Origin: an uncultured Haloferula sp.
GTDB taxonomy: Bacteria; Verrucomicrobiota; Verrucomicrobiia; Verrucomicrobiales; Akkermansiaceae
Assembly (NCBI GenBank): GCA_964628795.1
Contig: CAZVMS010000216.1
Span: forward strand, 12,164 to 36,163
Direction of reading: 5' to 3'
Length of the DNA: 24,000 nucleotides
Positions 20,470 to 24,000 of the stretch are shown here, piece after piece; position 1 is the stretch's first letter, and each line of letters begins with the position of its first letter. The translations under genes were made by a program, and so were the position numbers. The notes under the pieces are model-generated. The model had not been told where the DNA came from, ran no database searches, and saw nothing but the letters and a program-made list of their open reading frames with translations.

Positions 20470-23400
20470 ATGAAATCAAAAATCCTCATCGCAATCAGCG
20501 CAGTCGGCCTCTTGATTGCTGGAAGCGTCCATTCGGCCCCTACGGTGCTCATCGACTTCGATGACGGCATCCCCGACAACGGCGTCCATGAAGCATCCGT
20601 CCGCAACGGCGGCTTCGAGGAGGGCGCGAACAACCAAACGTTCGCACAAACCCCGGTTTGGTCGAGCTACTTCAGCCCGGATGGCGATTCATCGACGCTC
20701 ACGTTCAATACCAACGTCAAGACCGGGGCCTTGCGCGGGACGGCAAGCGGGTTTTCGGGCAACGGCACCCGCCAGCAACCTTCGATCACAATTCCGGCCA
20801 GCGCCTGGACCATCGCCGCCGGCGACGTGTTCAACGTCTCGGTGGACTGGCGCAACGGCGCGGCATTCACCGTCGGCACCCACCAGCTCCAAGTGATCCT
20901 TCATGTGGTCGATGCCAATGGCAACCTGGTGGGCGATCCCGCGAACGGCGAATTCGCCGGAGACCGCCTGCTGAGCCGGAACGATTCGCTCGCGACGGCG
21001 GGCCAATACCAAACCTTTTCCATGACTTCGAACCCGGTGCCGGCCGGCAGCCCGTGGATCGGCAACCGGATCCAGATCCGCATCCTCAATTCCGGGGCGC
21101 GGACGAGTTTCGCGATCATCGACAACGTGTCGCTCACCGCCACTCCCTTAATCAGCGAGTCGCTCACCTGGGTGGGTCTTGCGGGTGGAGGGACCTGGGA
21201 CATCGGGACTACGGCCCATTGGAAGGACGCCGCCGAAAACCCGGCGACTTTCAAGAACCTCGACATCGTTTCCTTCGACGACACCGCCGCCACCGGCTTG
21301 GTCGCGCTCGTGGATCCGGAGATCGAGCCCTCCTCGGCGACATTCGCCAACGACACCCTCCCCTACACCCTCTCCGGCGAAGCTTGGAGCGGCGTCGGAT
21401 CCCTAGTGAAAAACGGAGCGGAGGATGTCACGCTGCTCATCGACAACAACCTTGCATCCACTACGATCAACGCTGGCACCCTGCGCATCGGAAACGGCGG
21501 GCTCGATGGATCGCCGGGCACCGGTCCGATCATCAACGACGCCGCCCTGATCATCGCCCGCGACGGCACGGTTGAAATCTCCGGCGGAATTTCCGGCAAC
21601 GGCACCCTCGGCATCGAGGGTCCCGGCACCACCGTGCTCACCGGCGTCAATTCCTACACCGGTGCCACCTCCATCAGCGGCGGAACGCTGCGCGCGGTCG
21701 GAGCGCTGGAGTCACCGGTCACCGTCCAGTCCGGCGGAACACTCGCTCCGGGTCCGGTGTCGGCACCGGGAACTCTCGAATTGCCCGCGCTCTCCTTGCA
21801 AACCGGGTCCGCCACCACTTTCCGCGCCGGTTTCTCCAGCGGCGACCAGATCAATGTCTCCAGCGTCGATGGACTGGCGATCAACGGCAGCCACTCGATC
21901 AACCTGGTTCCGAACGAACTGTGGCTGCCATCCGACGAATTCCCGCTTTTCGTCTATGACACCTCCTATACCGGCAGCGTCGCCAATCTCCAGATCGGCA
22001 GCGCCCCGCACGGCAGCTACACCATCGAGGACCGTCCCGCGACCGGTGAGATCATTGTCCGCGTCGATTCGCTCGATTCCCTCATCTGGAAAGGCAATCA
22101 CAACTCGATCTGGGATGTCAACAGCACCGCCAACTGGCAGCTCCAATCGAACAACGCGACGGCACCCTTCTTCGCCTACGACCAGGTGCGCTTCGATGGC
22201 AGCGCCACCAATACCACCGTCACGGTGGCAGGAACGATCCCGGTCGGGGACATGACCTTCGATTTCGCTGCACCGGTGGCTTACCTGCTCGACGGCTCCG
22301 GAACACTCACCGGAACCGGACTGCTTTTCAAAAATAACACCGGAACACTGACCATCGCCACGACGCTGGCCAACATCGGAGCGACCAATATCGCGGGCGG
22401 GGCACTCGTGGTTGGCAACGGCGGATCGATCGGCAGTCTCGGCGGCGGCGCGATCAACAACAACGGCTCGCTCGCCTTCAATCGGGAGGACAACCTCACC
22501 GTCACCAATGCCATATCCGGCGACGGCACGCTCACCCAACAGGGCACTGGCAACCTCACCCTCGGCGGAGCCACCGCCAACACCTTCACCGGCGACGTCA
22601 CCGTCGCCAGCGGCCGTCTCACTCTCGCCAAGGCAACCGCCCTCGGAACAAGTGCCGACGGTGCCAAAACCGTCACTGTGGCTGCCGGCGCGTCGCTGAA
22701 TTTCAATAACTACACCGGTCTTAACGTGGACCCCAACCGGTCCTACAGTTTCCGCATCGCCGGAAACGGCGACGGCACCGGCGCACTGGTCAATAACGGC
22801 GGGACCAATATCGCCTCCGCCGCCGGCGTGCTCAATTTCGAGCTCACCGGCGACGCCACCATCGGCGGCACCGCCCGCTATGATATCGGCTTCGCCAACG
22901 GCACGCCCGGTTTGATCACCGGCAACGGCCACACCCTGACCAAGATCAGCACCAACCAGGTCACGATGCGCGGGGATGGCAGCGCCAGCCCGATCTCGAT
23001 CATCATCAACGAAGGAATCCTCAGCGCGGAAGGCCACGACAACAGCCTCGGTGGTGCGACTGGAGCCGTGACGGTGAACGAAGCCGCCGTGCTCGGCGCA
23101 TTCGGCCCGCGCAACATTCCCACACCGATCACGCTCAACTCCGGAGCCATCCTGCGCTCACTCGGCGGCAATGTGGCCACCTGGTCGGGTGCCTTCACTC
23201 TTGCAGGAAACGCTTTCATCAATACCCCGTCGTTCGACAAAATCATCAACGGCGTCATCGGCGGCACCGGCGGAATCACCAAGACCGGCGGCAACGCGCT
23301 CACACTCACCGCCGTAAACGACTACACCGGCCCGACCACCGTCAGCGAGGGCAGGCTCATCATCCAGCACCCCTGCCTGGCCGAGTCTTCCGCCATCACC

Positions 23401-23937
23401 GTGGCCGCCACCGCCATCCTCGATCTCGACTTCACCGGTACCAACGTGATCGGAGCGCTCACCATTGCCGGAAACACGCTGGTTCCAGGCATTTACGACG
23501 CCAACACCCACCCGGGCCGCCTCGCCGGCACCGGCAAGCTTCAGGTCGTCGCCTCCGCCAGCGACTACGACGACTGGGCCGGCCCCGCCGGCTTCAACCT
23601 CAGCGGCGGGCCCAGCGACGATGACGACTTCGACGGCCTCGCCAATTTCGATGAATACGCTTTCGGACTGGATCCCACCAGCGGTGCGAGCGCCTCGCCA
23701 GTAACCGCCCCGGACAAGTCCGCCGGCACCTTCACCTACACCCGCCGCAAGCCCTCGCTCACCGGACTCAACTATATCTATCAGTCATCGACCACACTCG
23801 CGGGCTGGGCTCCGTTCACCCCGGTCTCCGAAGGAACCGACAACGGCGACCCGGTGGAAACCATCACCGTCACCCTCCCGGGCACCTTGCTCACCGAGCC
23901 GAAGCTCTTCCTCCAGGTTGAGGCCAGCGAGCCATGA
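20470..23937 (+). CDS. Large secreted autotransporter-associated beta-strand repeat (PATR) protein, putative surface adhesin/binding protein
   Basis: It has a signal peptide (MKSKILIAISAVGLLIAGSVHSA). At least five PATR-like units are present (e.g. GSLVKNGAEDVTLLIDNNLASTTINAGTLRIGNGG; GTLGIEGPGTTVLTGVNSYTGATSISGGTLRA; GTLTQQGTGNLTLGGATANTFTGDVTVASGRLTLA; GITKTGGNALTLTAVNDYTGPTTVSEGRLII). Two W.G....WD.....W....F...D.V.FD units are present. The C-terminus has an acidic DDDDFDGLANFDEYAFGLDP motif. Confidence 0.85.
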   Translation: MKSKILIAISAVGLLIAGSVHSAPTVLIDFDDGIPDNGVHEASVRNGGFEEGANNQTFAQTPVWSSYFSPDGDSSTLTFNTNVKTGALRGTASGFSGNGTRQQPSITIPASAWTIAAGDVFNVSVDWRNGAAFTVGTHQLQVILHVVDANGNLVGDPANGEFAGDRLLSRNDSLATAGQYQTFSMTSNPVPAGSPWIGNRIQIRILNSGARTSFAIIDNVSLTATPLISESLTWVGLAGGGTWDIGTTAHWKDAAENPATFKNLDIVSFDDTAATGLVALVDPEIEPSSATFANDTLPYTLSGEAWSGVGSLVKNGAEDVTLLIDNNLASTTINAGTLRIGNGGLDGSPGTGPIINDAALIIARDGTVEISGGISGNGTLGIEGPGTTVLTGVNSYTGATSISGGTLRAVGALESPVTVQSGGTLAPGPVSAPGTLELPALSLQTGSATTFRAGFSSGDQINVSSVDGLAINGSHSINLVPNELWLPSDEFPLFVYDTSYTGSVANLQIGSAPHGSYTIEDRPATGEIIVRVDSLDSLIWKGNHNSIWDVNSTANWQLQSNNATAPFFAYDQVRFDGSATNTTVTVAGTIPVGDMTFDFAAPVAYLLDGSGTLTGTGLLFKNNTGTLTIATTLANIGATNIAGGALVVGNGGSIGSLGGGAINNNGSLAFNREDNLTVTNAISGDGTLTQQGTGNLTLGGATANTFTGDVTVASGRLTLAKATALGTSADGAKTVTVAAGASLNFNNYTGLNVDPNRSYSFRIAGNGDGTGALVNNGGTNIASAAGVLNFELTGDATIGGTARYDIGFANGTPGLITGNGHTLTKISTNQVTMRGDGSASPISIIINEGILSAEGHDNSLGGATGAVTVNEAAVLGAFGPRNIPTPITLNSGAILRSLGGNVATWSGAFTLAGNAFINTPSFDKIINGVIGGTGGITKTGGNALTLTAVNDYTGPTTVSEGRLIIQHPCLAESSAITVAATAILDLDFTGTNVIGALTIAGNTLVPGIYDANTHPGRLAGTGKLQVVASASDYDDWAGPAGFNLSGGPSDDDDFDGLANFDEYAFGLDPTSGASASPVTAPDKSAGTFTYTRRKPSLTGLNYIYQSSTTLAGWAPFTPVSEGTDNGDPVETITVTLPGTLLTEPKLFLQVEASEP

Positions 23938-24000
23938 ATCCGGGTGACCTTGATTTTGAAATGAACCATACCTGAAGTGAAACAAACATAACCTAACAAA

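Noticed and set aside
21712-23037. 441-aa antisense ORF inside the giant PATR protein gene.
   Set aside because: It is a Gly/Ala/Asp/Val-rich mirror of the repeat-rich sense strand with no independent motif support.

Overview
GC-rich bacterial chromosomal window. The gene content looks verrucomicrobial or planctomycetal: a PSCyt/PSD + DUF1501 pair, an ECF sigma + FecR pair, a giant protein with autotransporter-associated beta-strand repeats, and almost no Shine-Dalgarno sites. This taxonomic placement is an inference. Layout: (i) 1-3989 (+) holds the tail of an upstream CDS, a PSCyt1/DUF1549/DUF1553 protein and a Tat-signal DUF1501 protein. (ii) 4044-11642 is a block of about 7.3 kb with every gene on the minus strand, bracketed by two directly repeated, identically decayed comM (yifB) 3' fragments. 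Read in transcription order, it encodes a Sec-signal Cys-repeat precursor peptide, a DUF692 multinuclear non-heme iron oxidase (MNIO), a DUF2063 partner and DoxX. These are followed by an ECF sigma, a small zinc-type anti-sigma, a tiny CX4C-repeat tail-anchored protein, a DinB-like protein, an NRDE-family protein, a PlsC-like acyltransferase and an OlsB-like N-acyltransferase. This is the most interesting part of the window. It is a bufferin/oxazolin-type MNIO RiPP (metallophore-like) cluster with a non-canonical triple-module precursor and an unusually long, translationally coupled accessory gene tail. (iii) 11736-23937 (+) holds a second ECF sigma/FecR-like pair, a GH89 alpha-N-acetylglucosaminidase, a 4-PDZ HtrA-like protease followed by two apparently catalytically dead paralogues, and a 1155-aa beta-strand-repeat surface protein. 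A shared GGTCAG-N14-CGGTA(C/G)T motif sits upstream of the sigma gene, the protease operon and the surface protein gene, which suggests a single ECF regulon. No rRNA, tRNA, CRISPR array, transposase or integrase was recognised. All homology calls come from motif recognition by eye on the supplied translations, and no database searches were run.
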